A stretch of DNA of 64,000 nucleotides from Thermoproteota archaeon. GTDB lineage: Archaea; Thermoproteota; Methanomethylicia; Culexarchaeales; Culexarchaeaceae. A model generated the notes under the pieces. The model did no database searches. It saw nothing but the letters and a program-made list of their open reading frames with translations, and was not told where the DNA came from. The DNA lies in NCBI GenBank assembly GCA_020833005.1, contig JAJHRD010000001.1:71423-135422 (forward strand), read 5' to 3'. The stretch's first letter is position 1. Each line of letters begins with the position of its first letter. The translations under genes and the position numbers were made by a program. Positions 48,427-59,820 of this stretch are shown here, one piece after another.

Positions 48427-49434
48427 TTAATAACCTCTAGCTAGTATGTAATCAGCCAGCTCCATTAATATATCTCTATCCTCTCCTTTGGGAAATATTT
48501 TCAAAGCCTCCTTAGCTGATAAAACATATTTCTCAGCAAGTGAAGAAACGTAATCAAGAGAGCCTGTCTCTTTTAAAATATTTATTACTTCGTTTAGCTC
48601 AATATTACTTAAATTTCTTTTACCATAGTATTTCTTTAACGTTCTCCTTTGATTATCATCACAATTTCTCGCTGCATGTAAAAGAACTAATGTGCATTTA
48701 CCCTCCCTGACATCGCTGCCAACTGGCTTACCCAAAGCTTTTTCATCACCGATCACACCTAAAATATCATCCCTCATTTGGAAAGCCATTCCTATGTTCT
48801 CCCCATACTTGGATAGTGCATTCACGGATTCTAGGCTACCCATGCCCAATAAACCTCCAATTTCACAAGCAGTTTTAATTAGCACTGCAGTCTTCTTGTA
48901 AATCATGTTAAGATAATCCAGCTCGGTAATAGACATATCAAATAGTTTCCCTTCAAAACTCATGTCTAGCGCTTGTCCTTCAGCAATAACCGTAACAGCA
49001 TTAGCCAGTCTACGCATGGATTCCAATATCCTTTCACGATCTATATGTCTAAATGAAAAGCAATGAAAGAATATTTCAAAGGCTTTTGAGAATAAGACAT
49101 CACCGGCAAGAATAGCCATCGGGACCCCCCATAGTACATGAACTGTTGGTACGCCACGTCTAAATTCATCTCTATCCATTATATCATCGTGTATTAATGT
49201 GAAGTTATGTATGAGCTCAATTGAAACAGCAGCAGGCATAATTGCTTCCACATCACCCCCAATAAGCTTACAAGACTGATAAACTAGGAATGGCCTAAGC
49301 CGTTTACCACCAGACTTCAATAGATGTTTAGATGCAGAATAAAGATCTTTAGGCTCCAAATTGTCTGGGAGAAAACGCTCAAGACTTATAGCAAATAACT
49401 TTTGGAAACTGGTGATACTATCCTGCAGACCCAT
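48427..49434 (-). CDS. idsA: geranylgeranyl diphosphate synthase (trans-prenyltransferase)
   Basis: FARM LIHDDIMD and SARM FQMRDDILG aspartate-rich motifs. Confidence 0.85.
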   Translation of the reverse strand: MGLQDSITSFQKLFAISLERFLPDNLEPKDLYSASKHLLKSGGKRLRPFLVYQSCKLIGGDVEAIMPAAVSIELIHNFTLIHDDIMDRDEFRRGVPTVHVLWGVPMAILAGDVLFSKAFEIFFHCFSFRHIDRERILESMRRLANAVTVIAEGQALDMSFEGKLFDMSITELDYLNMIYKKTAVLIKTACEIGGLLGMGSLESVNALSKYGENIGMAFQMRDDILGVIGDEKALGKPVGSDVREGKCTLVLLHAARNCDDNQRRTLKKYYGKRNLSNIELNEVINILKETGSLDYVSSLAEKYVLSAKEALKIFPKGEDRDILMELADYILARGY

Positions 49435-49469
49435 AATAAATCATCTTAAAAGAGTGAAACTTTGAATAA

Positions 49470-50570
49470 TTAAAGATTTCCACATCTCTTAACATAGATT
49501 TCAGATAAAATCCCTCTTGAATGTAACCATTCATACAACCTACCAGTAATTACTATGGGAGATTTCCTTAAATCCTCAACATGTCTAGCGTTAACGAGAA
49601 ACATTGCAATCTTCAGTTCATTAATAAAATTTTTAATGAAATTGTACACTCCATCAAAACCCCTCTCCAAAACCAATTTAATTATGGGTAATGCTAATCC
49701 AACACAATTTGCACCTAAAGCCAGAGCTTTGGCTGCATCGATTCCAGACCTTATACCACCACTTGCAATTATGGGTATATCAGTCACAGACTTAACTTCA
49801 CATAAACTTGCAGCTGTGGGTATTCCCCAATCCCAAAAAGAATATGCTAAATGTGCACTATCTTCATCACCCATACTTATTGATCTATAATATTCAACGG
49901 CAGCCCAACTAGTCCCACCAGCCCCAGCAACATCTATAGCTGAAAAACCTGCATTACATATTTTTAAAGCAGCTTCCATTGAAAAACCGGATCCCGTTTC
50001 CTTAGCTATCAATGGTACACCTAAGAATAGTGAGAGGGATTTAACTTTTTCAAGTACGTTAGAGTAGAATGGTTCCCCCTCATGTTGAACAGCTTCTTGA
50101 AGAGGGTTAAAATGTATTGCAAGTGCATCAGCATTTATCATATCGACCGCTTTCCTCGCTTCATCAAGACCATAGCCTAAACATAGCTGAGCTGAACCCA
50201 AATTTCCAATTATGAAAGCACTTGGGGCGACTTCGCGTACCACAGAGAATGTGTATGATAAATCAGGTTTTTCAATAGCTATTCTTTGGCTACCTACACC
50301 CATGCCAATACCCAATTTTTCCACTACTGAGGCTATTATTGAATTAATTTTATGGGATTTTTCGCTCCCTCCAGTCATAGCTGAGATTATTATGGGGGCG
50401 CTTAGTTTATGTCCCAAAAAATTTACTGTCAAGTCTATATCATCTAAATTAATTTGTGGAGATGGATCATGGATAAGAGTGACATCCTCAAACAACGTTT
50501 TTACATTTTTAAATTCAACATCATACGAATAGCATATTTCAATGTGGTCAGTCTTTCTCCTTTCAATCAT
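49470..50570 (-). CDS. fni: isopentenyl-diphosphate delta-isomerase type 2 (FMN-dependent)
   Basis: 366-aa TIM barrel; Gly-rich FMN motifs (ASGGIRSG; VAGAGGTSW). Confidence 0.85.
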   Translation of the reverse strand: MIERRKTDHIEICYSYDVEFKNVKTLFEDVTLIHDPSPQINLDDIDLTVNFLGHKLSAPIIISAMTGGSEKSHKINSIIASVVEKLGIGMGVGSQRIAIEKPDLSYTFSVVREVAPSAFIIGNLGSAQLCLGYGLDEARKAVDMINADALAIHFNPLQEAVQHEGEPFYSNVLEKVKSLSLFLGVPLIAKETGSGFSMEAALKICNAGFSAIDVAGAGGTSWAAVEYYRSISMGDEDSAHLAYSFWDWGIPTAASLCEVKSVTDIPIIASGGIRSGIDAAKALALGANCVGLALPIIKLVLERGFDGVYNFIKNFINELKIAMFLVNARHVEDLRKSPIVITGRLYEWLHSRGILSEIYVKRCGNL

Positions 50571-50629
50571 TGCAATTTCACCAAAGTAGATATTAATGTG
50601 GGGGTTAAATAGGTAACGCTTTCAATCCT

Positions 50630-51466
50630 TCACATTTTAAATTGGGAATTATTTGGAACAATTCTGCTTCCATAGAAATTGGCATTAACTATTGCTTGAA
50701 CAATTCTTCCAGGTACCAGTGCATTTACAATGCAAACTTCAATTCCAGATGAACAAATCCTTTCAGCCTCCAACAATTTGTTTTTCATGCCCCCAGTGAC
50801 GTCAATCCCATATGCACTGTTGGAATTCCAGCTTCTAATAAGCTTTGAAAGATCATTTAGAGTTAGTATTTCAATTAATTTAGCATTAGGATCACGCTTA
50901 GGATCAGACGTATATATCCCATCAACATCGCAAGAAAATACAACTTTAAAGGCATTAAACTTTATAGCTAGATATGAACATATTTTGTCACCTGACAGAA
51001 TACAGAAGCCATACTCATCATCAAATACCACATCACCATAAAGAATGGGGGTGAACCCAAGTTTAATGGCCTTTTTAATTGAATGAAGATTTGAAGTAAA
51101 GATTTCACCCTTCCTAGTCGTTATCATGGATGAAGGTTGAAATGGAAAAGGAATGAAACCTGCATTGGAAAATTCGTTGATTACTATTTCATTAAGACGC
51201 AACATTGCATAATGGGTTTCAAAAACGCCAGGCAATTGGCTGACGTCTTTAAATCCTTCATTAAGCTTATACTTATATGCATGAGGATGCCCGAAGGATC
51301 CTCCACCATGTACTATTATAAAGGAGAATTCATCCATTATCCCGGCAAGTTCATGCGCTATTCTTCGTAAAACATTAACATTCGCAGTTTCATATCCACT
51401 TTTTTGCGTTACCACACTTCCCCCAAGTTTGATTACCACCATTTTTTTATTAATTACTGCATTCAT
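50630..51466 (-). CDS. ipk: isopentenyl phosphate kinase (amino-acid kinase fold)
   Basis: VIKLGGSVVT...IVHGGGSFGH motifs; 17-nt overlap with mvk. Confidence 0.75.
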   Translation of the reverse strand: MNAVINKKMVVIKLGGSVVTQKSGYETANVNVLRRIAHELAGIMDEFSFIIVHGGGSFGHPHAYKYKLNEGFKDVSQLPGVFETHYAMLRLNEIVINEFSNAGFIPFPFQPSSMITTRKGEIFTSNLHSIKKAIKLGFTPILYGDVVFDDEYGFCILSGDKICSYLAIKFNAFKVVFSCDVDGIYTSDPKRDPNAKLIEILTLNDLSKLIRSWNSNSAYGIDVTGGMKNKLLEAERICSSGIEVCIVNALVPGRIVQAIVNANFYGSRIVPNNSQFKM

Positions 51467-52436
51467 CTACATTCACCCCATAATCTGAGATATAAGAAAT
51501 TATAGCTTTCCCACCATTATCATTAATGGCTTTTAATATGGAAGATACTGTAGACTCATTTGATATGGCAATTATGGCTCCACCTCCACCAGCACCAGTT
51601 ACCTTAGCACCATATGCGCCAGCATTTCTTGCTGCATAAATTAATCTTTCTAAATTTAAAGTTGAAATTCCGAGAGAGGATAGTAATCCATGTGAGATAT
51701 TCAAGAGTTCACCTAATCTGTTAATGTCACTGGAAATTAATGCATTAATAGCTTCTTCAACTATCTTATCATTTGCATCGTAAATTAAATTGAAAATGGA
51801 AGGATACTTATACTTCAACTTTAATACCTTATTAACCATGTCAGCTGTGGATCTATGTTCAGGGGTTATCCCCAATATTATGGGTGCATTAAACTTTACG
51901 TTTAATCGATTAAACCCTTGGGAGCGCCTATATAGTAGTATCCCTCCAAATGCTGAAATTGTGGCATCTATGCCACTAGGCTTTCCATGAGCAAGACTCT
52001 CACCTTTAGATGCAAGTTCAATTACATCATATAGATTAAATTTTACGTTGTAAAGTTTCAATATAGCCGCTGAAAAAGCTACGAAGACAGCAGCTGAAGA
52101 TCCTAAACCAGCACCCATTGGGATTTCACTTTTGATACTGATATCTACACCACGATCAAGAAGATGGTGCTTGAATGAAAATTCATGTAGAATTAGAAGC
52201 AATGGTGTGATGGAAGGACTATATCTATGGATATCACCACTAATTATCATATTTATTGGGATTTTAATGGTATTTGGAGAATTAATATCGGATGAGATCG
52301 AAATAAAGTTTGAATCGTTAAAATCAGCGAAAACCTTTGCTCTCAAGTTTATAGCAGCAGCTATAGCAAATTTATCTTCAACAACAAAGTGTTCTCCAAA
52401 AAGTATTACTTTAGCTGGTGCTGATGCTACTACCAT
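51450..52436 (-). CDS. mvk: mevalonate kinase (GHMP kinase)
   Basis: APAKVILFGEH N-terminus; GHMP motif PMGAGLGSSAA. Confidence 0.85.
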   Translation of the reverse strand: MVVASAPAKVILFGEHFVVEDKFAIAAAINLRAKVFADFNDSNFISISSDINSPNTIKIPINMIISGDIHRYSPSITPLLLILHEFSFKHHLLDRGVDISIKSEIPMGAGLGSSAAVFVAFSAAILKLYNVKFNLYDVIELASKGESLAHGKPSGIDATISAFGGILLYRRSQGFNRLNVKFNAPIILGITPEHRSTADMVNKVLKLKYKYPSIFNLIYDANDKIVEEAINALISSDINRLGELLNISHGLLSSLGISTLNLERLIYAARNAGAYGAKVTGAGGGGAIIAISNESTVSSILKAINDNGGKAIISYISDYGVNVDECSN

Positions 52437-52440
52437 ATAT

Positions 52441-53295
52441 TCACCTTAAAAAGGCTATCGATGAGTATCCAACAACGGAAGACATGTCACCAGATGTATC
52501 ACCAGATGTAGCGTATTTTAATTTTAGTACTTGCTTAGCCTCTAAGAGTTTAGCAATAGTAATTAATGTGCCAGTAGGGCCTGGGCCGCACATGGAAACC
52601 CTTTTCGAATAATATGTTTTGAAGAAGCCGTCAAGATCTAAATTAATAATCCTATCGATTATAAGGGAATCATTCCTATATGCACGTTCATAACTTTCGT
52701 AGTGGGAGAAGTCCGTGGAAGCTATAACGACGATTCTCCTATCCTTAATAATTTTAGATATAGCTTCGCCCAACAATATTGAAACTTCTTTATCTTGTAT
52801 CATCAATGAAATTGGAAGGAATTTCACATTGCCAAACAGATATTGTAGGAATGGCAATTGAACTTCAATTGAATGTTCGTTTATATGGGCAGTATAATCA
52901 TCTTCTAGAATATCTAGAGAGCTTAGCAAAGCATCCCCCAATTCACTATCTACTTCAGCATATCCAAGTGGAGTCTTCCATAAACCTTTCCTCATAATAG
53001 CTAGCGGAGAACCCATGCCAGAATGGTTTGGACCAAGTATTATGAAGGAATCAGGTTTTCCATTTTCTGCGATTACTTTGTAAGCCCAAGCTGCTACAGG
53101 GCCGGAGTAAATATACCCAGCATGAGGAACTATGACTCCAATCAACTTCCCAGTAAAGGATTCATTGACTTTAGGTAGCTCTCCCGGACCTATTCTATGA
53201 GTAAAACACCATTTGATCTGATCCATAAGATCTTCTCTTGAACCTTCGTAAAAGGATCCTGCAACTGCAGGTTCACGTACAAACATGATTATCAA
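52441..53295 (-). CDS. MEMO1-family protein (UPF0103 / AmmeMemoRadiSam system protein B-like)
   Basis: VPHAGYIYSG and GPNHSG motifs; 284 aa; 4 nt upstream of mvk, same strand. Confidence 0.8.
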   Translation of the reverse strand: MIIMFVREPAVAGSFYEGSREDLMDQIKWCFTHRIGPGELPKVNESFTGKLIGVIVPHAGYIYSGPVAAWAYKVIAENGKPDSFIILGPNHSGMGSPLAIMRKGLWKTPLGYAEVDSELGDALLSSLDILEDDYTAHINEHSIEVQLPFLQYLFGNVKFLPISLMIQDKEVSILLGEAISKIIKDRRIVVIASTDFSHYESYERAYRNDSLIIDRIINLDLDGFFKTYYSKRVSMCGPGPTGTLITIAKLLEAKQVLKLKYATSGDTSGDMSSVVGYSSIAFLR

Positions 53296-53349
53296 TAAAA
53301 GTATTATTTGAAGAATTATATAAAGTACTCTTAAAACAGACCATAAAAG

Positions 53350-53973
53350 TTAGTAGGTCTCCGGCTTTGCTTCAAAGTCTTCAATGGATAGAGGGATATC
53401 TCCATCTGGGGGTATATCTCCTCTTTCCCTTAAAACTTGTCTAGCCAATATCCAGTAGGTTAATGCTAAGGCCTTCCTACCTTTATTATTAACTGGAATT
53501 ATTAGTTCAACCCCTGATGCAAGATTATCAGTATCGCAAAGCGCCACAACAGGTATACCCATATCAATAGCTTCATTAAGAGCTTGCTCATCAGCTCTAG
53601 GATCAGATATTATGACAACAGAGGGCTCCTTGTAACATGGTAAGTGGGGATTTGTGAAGGTTCCAGGTATAAATCTGCCAGTAATTGGGAAGCCACCAAC
53701 TAAAGAGCAAAATTGTTTAACAGGTCTCCAACCATACTGTCTAGAAGAAACGGCGCATATTTTATGCGGAGGAAATCTTGCTATAAATTTAGCTGCAATA
53801 CGTATGCGCTCATCTATGCGTTTAACATCCAAAACGTATAATCCATCAGGTCTAACCCTATAAATAAATGGGATCATGGATTTAGTTTTTATCCTAGTGC
53901 CAATATGAACTCCTGTGGAAAGATACAATTCCAATGGCACTAGTAGTTCTGAGGATTGAGGCTGTGATGTCAT
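53350..53973 (-). CDS. rps2: ribosomal protein S2 (uS2)
   Basis: 207 aa; uS2 core; 4-nt overlap with eno. Confidence 0.9.
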   Translation of the reverse strand: MTSQPQSSELLVPLELYLSTGVHIGTRIKTKSMIPFIYRVRPDGLYVLDVKRIDERIRIAAKFIARFPPHKICAVSSRQYGWRPVKQFCSLVGGFPITGRFIPGTFTNPHLPCYKEPSVVIISDPRADEQALNEAIDMGIPVVALCDTDNLASGVELIIPVNNKGRKALALTYWILARQVLRERGDIPPDGDIPLSIEDFEAKPETY

Positions 53974-55238
53974 TTCAATAACCTCTCAAGTTCAAATATC
54001 TTACTCCATTCACCTAAATCTTCTTCTATCCTTATAAATTCATTTATTTTAGACACTCTCTCCCCACCCATTATCCCACATTTAACCAGCGGTGAACCGG
54101 TAGCCACCGCGAAATGTGATAAAAACGTGTCAACCGTTTCCCCCGATCTGTGGGAACATACTGGTATCAAGCCGTATGAAAATGTTACTTGTATAGCAGA
54201 AATAGCGTCAGATAAAGTTCCCACTTGATTCGGTTTTATTATCACAGCATCAAATGCCTTTATGGAAGCACCATAGCGTATTCTTTCAACATTAGTAGCT
54301 GTTAAGTCATCAGCACAAATTATGCAAGTTTCAGCTTCATCACGCAATCTGGCAAAAGATGTGAATGAGTTCTCCATGAATGGATCTTCAACATAGAATA
54401 AGTCAAACTTATTTATGAGGTTTAAAATGAATTTATAAAAAGCATCTTCATCGTAACATGTATCAGTGCTTGGTAAGCAATACTTATTTGATTTTGAATT
54501 CCATAAGGAGGATGCAGCAACATCAACCCCCAACTTAAACTTCACATTTGTCTCCTTTGAAACTTTATTACAAGCATTTTGAACAATCGGTAATACATCA
54601 AATATATTTAATGTAGTAACTAGTGCACCTTCATCATTCCTGCCGTACACCACACCAGGAGGACTTGTTTTGACGATTTCCTTATACACCCTAATACTTG
54701 CCAACGCCAACTCAAAGAAAGAGGATGCACCATATGGAATTATTAAGACTTCTTGAATATCTAAACCTTTAACATGTGTATGTTTGCCACCACCAATAAC
54801 ATTGCCAAGAGGTAAGGGAAGCCTATTTGCATAAACTCCCCCAAGATATCTGTATAGAGGTATCATTAATGAATTGGCAGCAGCAATGGCATTAGCAATG
54901 GATGTAGCAATGGATAACGATCCCCCAATCTTGCTAAAGTTAGATGTACCATCAATTTCCTTCAACGTCTTATCCAACTCAAACTGCTTAACAGAATCCA
55001 TTCCTATTATCTCAGGCGCAATGAGATCTTCAAATAAATTTAAAGCTTCATCCACACCACCAGGGGGGAAATCTATGACTTCATATGCTCCCTTACTTGC
55101 TCCTGATGGTGCTGAGAAGGAACCGAACCCATTTTCCGTGTATATTTCAACCTCTATCGTAATATCCCCCCTACTATTAAAGCGCTTATTTGCATATGCA
55201 TCATTAATAATTGTTGGGGAAAAACTCATCAAAATCAC
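53970..55238 (-). CDS. eno: enolase
   Basis: [11 protein letters not shown] and [10 protein letters not shown] motifs. Confidence 0.9.
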   Translation of the reverse strand: MILMSFSPTIINDAYANKRFNSRGDITIEVEIYTENGFGSFSAPSGASKGAYEVIDFPPGGVDEALNLFEDLIAPEIIGMDSVKQFELDKTLKEIDGTSNFSKIGGSLSIATSIANAIAAANSLMIPLYRYLGGVYANRLPLPLGNVIGGGKHTHVKGLDIQEVLIIPYGASSFFELALASIRVYKEIVKTSPPGVVYGRNDEGALVTTLNIFDVLPIVQNACNKVSKETNVKFKLGVDVAASSLWNSKSNKYCLPSTDTCYDEDAFYKFILNLINKFDLFYVEDPFMENSFTSFARLRDEAETCIICADDLTATNVERIRYGASIKAFDAVIIKPNQVGTLSDAISAIQVTFSYGLIPVCSHRSGETVDTFLSHFAVATGSPLVKCGIMGGERVSKINEFIRIEEDLGEWSKIFELERLLK

Positions 55239-55465
55239 CTTTTATACTTCTTTTTCATATATAACATGTCAAGCTCAATTATATCATCAATATATTCAAC
55301 ATGTGTTAGAAGCATCCTCCTGCAACAATAACGAGTAATCCCAAGTTCTTCAAAGGCCTTACTTATTGGCACACCAGAATCTACTAGCTTCTTAAATTTT
55401 TCAAATTTGTCTCCTATTGGTGCTCCACATGTAAAGCATCTTATTGGATACATGTTGAATCTCAC
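55235..55465 (-). CDS. rpoN: RNA polymerase subunit N (Rpo10)
   Basis: PIRCFTCG...RYCCRRM zinc motif. Confidence 0.85.
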   Translation of the reverse strand: MRFNMYPIRCFTCGAPIGDKFEKFKKLVDSGVPISKAFEELGITRYCCRRMLLTHVEYIDDIIELDMLYMKKKYKR

Positions 55466-55881
55466 CTATAAGACTTCTGAAATCTACGCCTAGCAGAAGG
55501 CCCTCCAAATTTCTTCGGTTCAGTTCTTCTCGGATCACCAGTTAACATGGTTCTATCGTACTCCAGAAATATTTTCTTTATATTTTCATCATTAAACCAC
55601 TTCACCAATCCGCGTGCGATAGCCATACGTGCAGCATCAGCCTGACCCATAAACCCCCCACCCTTGACAGTAACATGAATATCAACTTGATCTACCAATT
55701 TTTTATCAATCAATTTGAGGGGTTCCAATATTTTCCATCTTGCAAGTTCAGGTTGATACAAAGGTAAAGGAATCCCATTAATATACACTCTGCCCTTCCC
55801 ATCTTTAAAGACAGCTCTAGCAATTGCGGTCTTCCTTTTACCACTAACCACTAGAACTCTTTTACTACTCATGAACATCAC
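55462..55881 (-). CDS. rps9: ribosomal protein S9 (uS9)
   Basis: [19 protein letters not shown]; C-terminal RR..KSYR. Confidence 0.9.
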   Translation of the reverse strand: MMFMSSKRVLVVSGKRKTAIARAVFKDGKGRVYINGIPLPLYQPELARWKILEPLKLIDKKLVDQVDIHVTVKGGGFMGQADAARMAIARGLVKWFNDENIKKIFLEYDRTMLTGDPRRTEPKKFGGPSARRRFQKSYR

Positions 55882-56329
55882 CAGACCATCCTAGTTGTTT
55901 AGAAATTTCAATTAAATAAACATATTTACCAGATAAATTTCTCGCATCAGCTTCTTTAAACTGAATTACAGGATAGTGTTTATATTCCTCTGGAAAACCC
56001 ATGAAAACTTTTAGGTTACGTAGCGCTTTACGCCCTCTCTCATTATCTTTTGGAAGCATGCCAGCAACCACTCTCCTAAAAATCATGGTGGGTGAACGAT
56101 GAATTTTAGGGCCTAATCTCGGATTCCTTAATGTACGTAGGTTTAATAATTTCTTGTACTCTTCAAAAACACTTTGAGGATTCCCTGAAACCACGACTTT
56201 ATCCACGTTAACCACAAATACCTTTTCACCCTCAATTAAACGCTTTGCAACGATACTAGCAAGTCTACCCAAAATCATGTTTTCAGCATCAATCAATGTA
56301 ACAACATTTTTACTACTCAAATTCATCAC
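55865..56329 (-). CDS. rpl13: ribosomal protein L13 (uL13)
   Basis: [19 protein letters not shown]. Confidence 0.9.
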   Translation of the reverse strand: MMNLSSKNVVTLIDAENMILGRLASIVAKRLIEGEKVFVVNVDKVVVSGNPQSVFEEYKKLLNLRTLRNPRLGPKIHRSPTMIFRRVVAGMLPKDNERGRKALRNLKVFMGFPEEYKHYPVIQFKEADARNLSGKYVYLIEISKQLGWSGDVHE

Positions 56330-56688
56330 CTCAAAATTTTAACACCAGAACCCTTTGGATTCATATTAACCAGATCAATTATACTGATGCATTTACCGTT
56401 GGCCTTAGTTATTTTTTCATAAGCTGAACTTGAAAAAGAAAATGCTGCCACGGTAACAGGGTGATCTATAGATCCAGCCCCAAGAACCTTCCCAGGAATC
56501 ACAACAACATCATCCGGTTTAGTATATTTATTTATTTTACCCACATTAACAACTATCCTCATTCTCCTCGGAACTTCAAGTCTATCAGCTATATCACTCC
56601 AAATCTTCGCATCATTTTCATTAGCCTTCTTTCTCAGAAAATCTATTAATTTCCTAAGGTGGATGTTCGTAGGCCCTGTTCTCTTCAT
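56326..56688 (-). CDS. rpl18e: ribosomal protein L18e
   Basis: 120 aa; position between rpoD and rpl13. Confidence 0.75.
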   Translation of the reverse strand: MKRTGPTNIHLRKLIDFLRKKANENDAKIWSDIADRLEVPRRMRIVVNVGKINKYTKPDDVVVIPGKVLGAGSIDHPVTVAAFSFSSSAYEKITKANGKCISIIDLVNMNPKGSGVKILR

Positions 56689-57525
56689 TTAAAGCCCCCC
56701 AATTTTGCTTAAAAATTCATCGCACTTTTCAGCTAAAATAGTTGCAGCAGTATAAATAATTTTATGCACAGGAAGAGAGCCTGTGGATTCAACGTAGAAT
56801 ATAAAGGAAGTGTCATCAGGTTTAAGTTCAATCGCACCATATTCGCAGATATCCACGCACGCTTTACATAAACTGCAATTTATTGGATCACGGAGATATG
56901 GATACCCAGTCTTGCTATCAACATCTAAAACTTTCTTTGGACATTCACTCACGCATTTAAGGGTTCCATCACTACTGCATTTAATACATGAAGAGGTATT
57001 AACAACTATTCGTGGGAAATATTTGTATGCACATGCAGAAACAGGTTGAAATCTAGCATTATCTTTACCCTTACCCAATCTAGCATACATTTCTATCAAA
57101 ATTTCATCACCAGCAGAAAGCTTTGCTATTGGGAAATCTCCACTCACTGGAACCACGCGAGGATCACTAGATAATATATCCCTTGAATAAACTGTTACTG
57201 GAGAATCACCTGCCTTAACATTTAAAGTTAATGTAACTTGGCAACGTGGACACCCTACACCCCCACATACACATTTTTCCGGTAGATTGAAACCATCTAG
57301 ATCCGTTGTTAAAGGTATGAGGGAGAGCCTATGCGCCAGAATTTCATCAAATATTGGAGAAGTATTATTTATTATTGCAAAGTCACTTATAGCCATTACT
57401 GGCACTTCAGATATCATTATCCTTCTCAAAGCATTTGCGAATGCAACATTTGAATTTCTAAGGATAAACCTAATAGATAAATCTTTAAGGTCCACTATTT
57501 CAACAAGAGAGTTTGAAGAGCTCAT
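56689..57525 (-). CDS. rpoD: RNA polymerase subunit D (Rpo3) with ferredoxin-like Fe-S domain
   Basis: Cys motifs CIKCSSDGTLKCVSECP and CSLCKACVDIC (CxxCxxCxxxC). Confidence 0.85.
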   Translation of the reverse strand: MSSSNSLVEIVDLKDLSIRFILRNSNVAFANALRRIMISEVPVMAISDFAIINNTSPIFDEILAHRLSLIPLTTDLDGFNLPEKCVCGGVGCPRCQVTLTLNVKAGDSPVTVYSRDILSSDPRVVPVSGDFPIAKLSAGDEILIEMYARLGKGKDNARFQPVSACAYKYFPRIVVNTSSCIKCSSDGTLKCVSECPKKVLDVDSKTGYPYLRDPINCSLCKACVDICEYGAIELKPDDTSFIFYVESTGSLPVHKIIYTAATILAEKCDEFLSKIGGL

Positions 57526-57546
57526 TTAAAGCCACCTAACCGAATT

Positions 57547-57942
57547 TCATAGCCTTCTACCTCTACGACCACCAGGTCTCCTTGTAGTATCATGAGGAAT
57601 CGGCGTTACATCTTCAATTCTGCCAATTATAAATCCAGATCTAGCTAAAGCTCTAATAGCAGCTTGAGCGCCAGGACCTGGAGTTTTAGGACCATGACCC
57701 CCAGGCGCTCTAACCTTTATATGCAAGGCCTTGAATCCCTTGTCTTTTATTGTTTGAGCTATCTTAAATGCTGCTTGCATTGCCGCATAGGGGGATGGTT
57801 TTTCCCTATCGGCTTCCACAACCATTCCACCAGAAGAAATTGCAACTGTTTCAGCGCCAGAAATATCTGTTACATGTATTATTGTGTTATTAAAGGAACT
57901 GTATATGTGAGCTATCCCCCACAATAATTCTCTACTACTCAT
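57547..57942 (-). CDS. rps11: ribosomal protein S11 (uS11)
   Basis: [21 protein letters not shown]... Confidence 0.9.
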   Translation of the reverse strand: MSSRELLWGIAHIYSSFNNTIIHVTDISGAETVAISSGGMVVEADREKPSPYAAMQAAFKIAQTIKDKGFKALHIKVRAPGGHGPKTPGPGAQAAIRALARSGFIIGRIEDVTPIPHDTTRRPGGRRGRRL

Positions 57943-58484
57943 TCAGACACCTCACTTTTACCCTTAATTTCTTCTTTGACTACTGGTGAAACTGCGTATG
58001 GGCTATTATATGAATAATGGATTTTATCTTCCTCATCTCTACTTACAATGTATCCGGGAACAGTTACTCTCCTACCGTTTATTGAAATATGGCCATGAAC
58101 TATTAGTTGTCTAGCATGATGTATTGTTTTTGCAAGCCCTTTCCTATAAACTATCGTTTGTAAGCGTCTTTCAAGAAGATCCCCCACCTTTAAGCTTAAG
58201 ACATCGTCAATAGATGCATCTTCATTTAACAATCCAATTTTGTATAATTTACCTATGAGCTCTTTGCGTCTAACCATTAGCTCTTCAGGTGGAAGAGCTA
58301 ACATAAGTCTTGCCTGTTTCCTAAATTTTGATAAAATGGTTTTAGCTATCCTAACTTCACGTTTATTCCTAAGCCCATATTCACCAACTAATTTAAGTTC
58401 CTCTTCAAGTAATTCCCTCTTCCACGGATGTCTTGGAGAACTCCACTTATTCTTCGGGCGTTTAGGATCACCCACGTTCATCAC
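57939..58484 (-). CDS. rps4: ribosomal protein S4 (uS4)
   Basis: S4 RNA-binding domain [28 protein letters not shown]. Confidence 0.9.
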   Translation of the reverse strand: MMNVGDPKRPKNKWSSPRHPWKRELLEEELKLVGEYGLRNKREVRIAKTILSKFRKQARLMLALPPEELMVRRKELIGKLYKIGLLNEDASIDDVLSLKVGDLLERRLQTIVYRKGLAKTIHHARQLIVHGHISINGRRVTVPGYIVSRDEEDKIHYSYNSPYAVSPVVKEEIKGKSEVSE

Positions 58485-58924
58485 CTTGGCTTATGGGAAA
58501 CACCTACTGTTTGACCTGTTCTACCAGTTGTTCTAGTCCTCTGGCCTCTAACTTTCAATCCTAATGAATGTCTAACCCCTTTCCAGCACTTTATCTTCTT
58601 CATAAATTCGATGTCTGACTTAATTCTTAGAAGCAAATCAGATCCTATTAAATGTTTATTCTCACCAGTTTCGAGATCCTTGGCTCTATTCATTAACCAA
58701 TATGGGATGTTTTGCGAAGATAGTGAGTTAATGATGTTTTCAATTCTCTTAATTTTGGTATCGGGTAAGTAACCCAACCTTTCATGTGGGGAGACTTCGG
58801 CCAATTTTAGGATTATATGAGCTAAGTTTATGCCAACTCCTTTAATTTTCGATAAAGCATATGCTACCTTTAAGGATCCATCCAGATCCTGCCCTGCGAT
58901 TCTCACCACATGTTTAAACGCCAA
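58481..58924 (-). CDS. rps13: ribosomal protein S13 (uS13)
   Basis: [10 protein letters not shown]...[16 protein letters not shown]. Confidence 0.9.
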   Translation of the reverse strand: MAFKHVVRIAGQDLDGSLKVAYALSKIKGVGINLAHIILKLAEVSPHERLGYLPDTKIKRIENIINSLSSQNIPYWLMNRAKDLETGENKHLIGSDLLLRIKSDIEFMKKIKCWKGVRHSLGLKVRGQRTRTTGRTGQTVGVSHKPR

Positions 58925-59135
58925 TGAAGGTCACCCAGTACCGATACAAGAAAAACATTAAGTTACTTATTTAAGTTTTGCCATATAAAACTATTCTTAA
59001 GCTTATTAATTGCTGAGAAATTTGTCAAAGTAAGTTGCTTATAATATTGATGCTAATTTGAAGTATTGCCATAACTTTAATTTGACAGTTACGGATCATT
59101 TTCTTTGCTTAAATAATGGTTTGATTTTTAGGTGA

Positions 59136-59209
59136 TGGGCGGGCTGGGATTCGAACCCAGGACCACCGCCGTGTAAGGGCGGTATCCTAACCAGCTAGAC
59201 GACCCGCCC
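59136..59209 (-). tRNA. tRNA-Val (anticodon UAC), intron-less
   Basis: Manual fold of the reverse complement: acceptor GGGCGGG/CCCGCCC, anticodon stem CCGCC/GGCGG, loop CUUACAC, T-arm CCUGG-GUUCGAAU-CCCAG. Confidence 0.8.
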
Positions 59210-59236
59210 TGCTAGATCTACAGTTGATGTGAGTTG

Positions 59237-59758
59237 TTATTTAGATATATCTTCTTCAAGTTCTTTTATTTTTCTCTCTAGAAATTCTATTATTTGAGTG
59301 TTATTAAATGATTCCAGGTTTCCACCACATATCTTACATTTGAAACCATATTCTGATGCTTCCTCAAAGGATAATCTAATTTTATCTTTCGGGCAGAAGA
59401 GGAAGATATGTTGTTTTTCATATTCATATCTTTCTTTAAGTTTTTCTAGAACGGCACGTTTTTTAGAGCGCACTAAAAATTCTATGTTGTCTCGGTTAAG
59501 ACGCCATAGATAGATAAACCAACCTGTAGTTTTGTCCCTTACCCTCTTGTAAGATACTAATTGATTATCATAGAGTGTGTAGAGGATTTTTCTGACATTG
59601 TTAAGTTTTATTCCAGTTTTTTGTGATAAGGTTTCATCTGTGACATCATAGTTTTCTGATAGAAAGGAAACTATAGCGACGCCTTCCTCTCCAACAAGCT
59701 CTCTTATGAAAGCTATGAAACTTTCATCAAGTGGTATGGATTCGAAGTATTCGTACAC
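59237..59758 (-). CDS. tfe: transcription factor E (TFE alpha; winged helix + zinc ribbon)
   Basis: N-terminal wH; C-terminal CPKDKIRLSFEEASEYGFKCKICGG zinc ribbon. Confidence 0.7.
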   Translation of the reverse strand: MYEYFESIPLDESFIAFIRELVGEEGVAIVSFLSENYDVTDETLSQKTGIKLNNVRKILYTLYDNQLVSYKRVRDKTTGWFIYLWRLNRDNIEFLVRSKKRAVLEKLKERYEYEKQHIFLFCPKDKIRLSFEEASEYGFKCKICGGNLESFNNTQIIEFLERKIKELEEDISK

Positions 59759-59820
59759 ACTTATTTCACTCCCTATGATTGTATTTGCATACTGACAGAT
59801 TTATTTTGTTGAGCAAGCAT

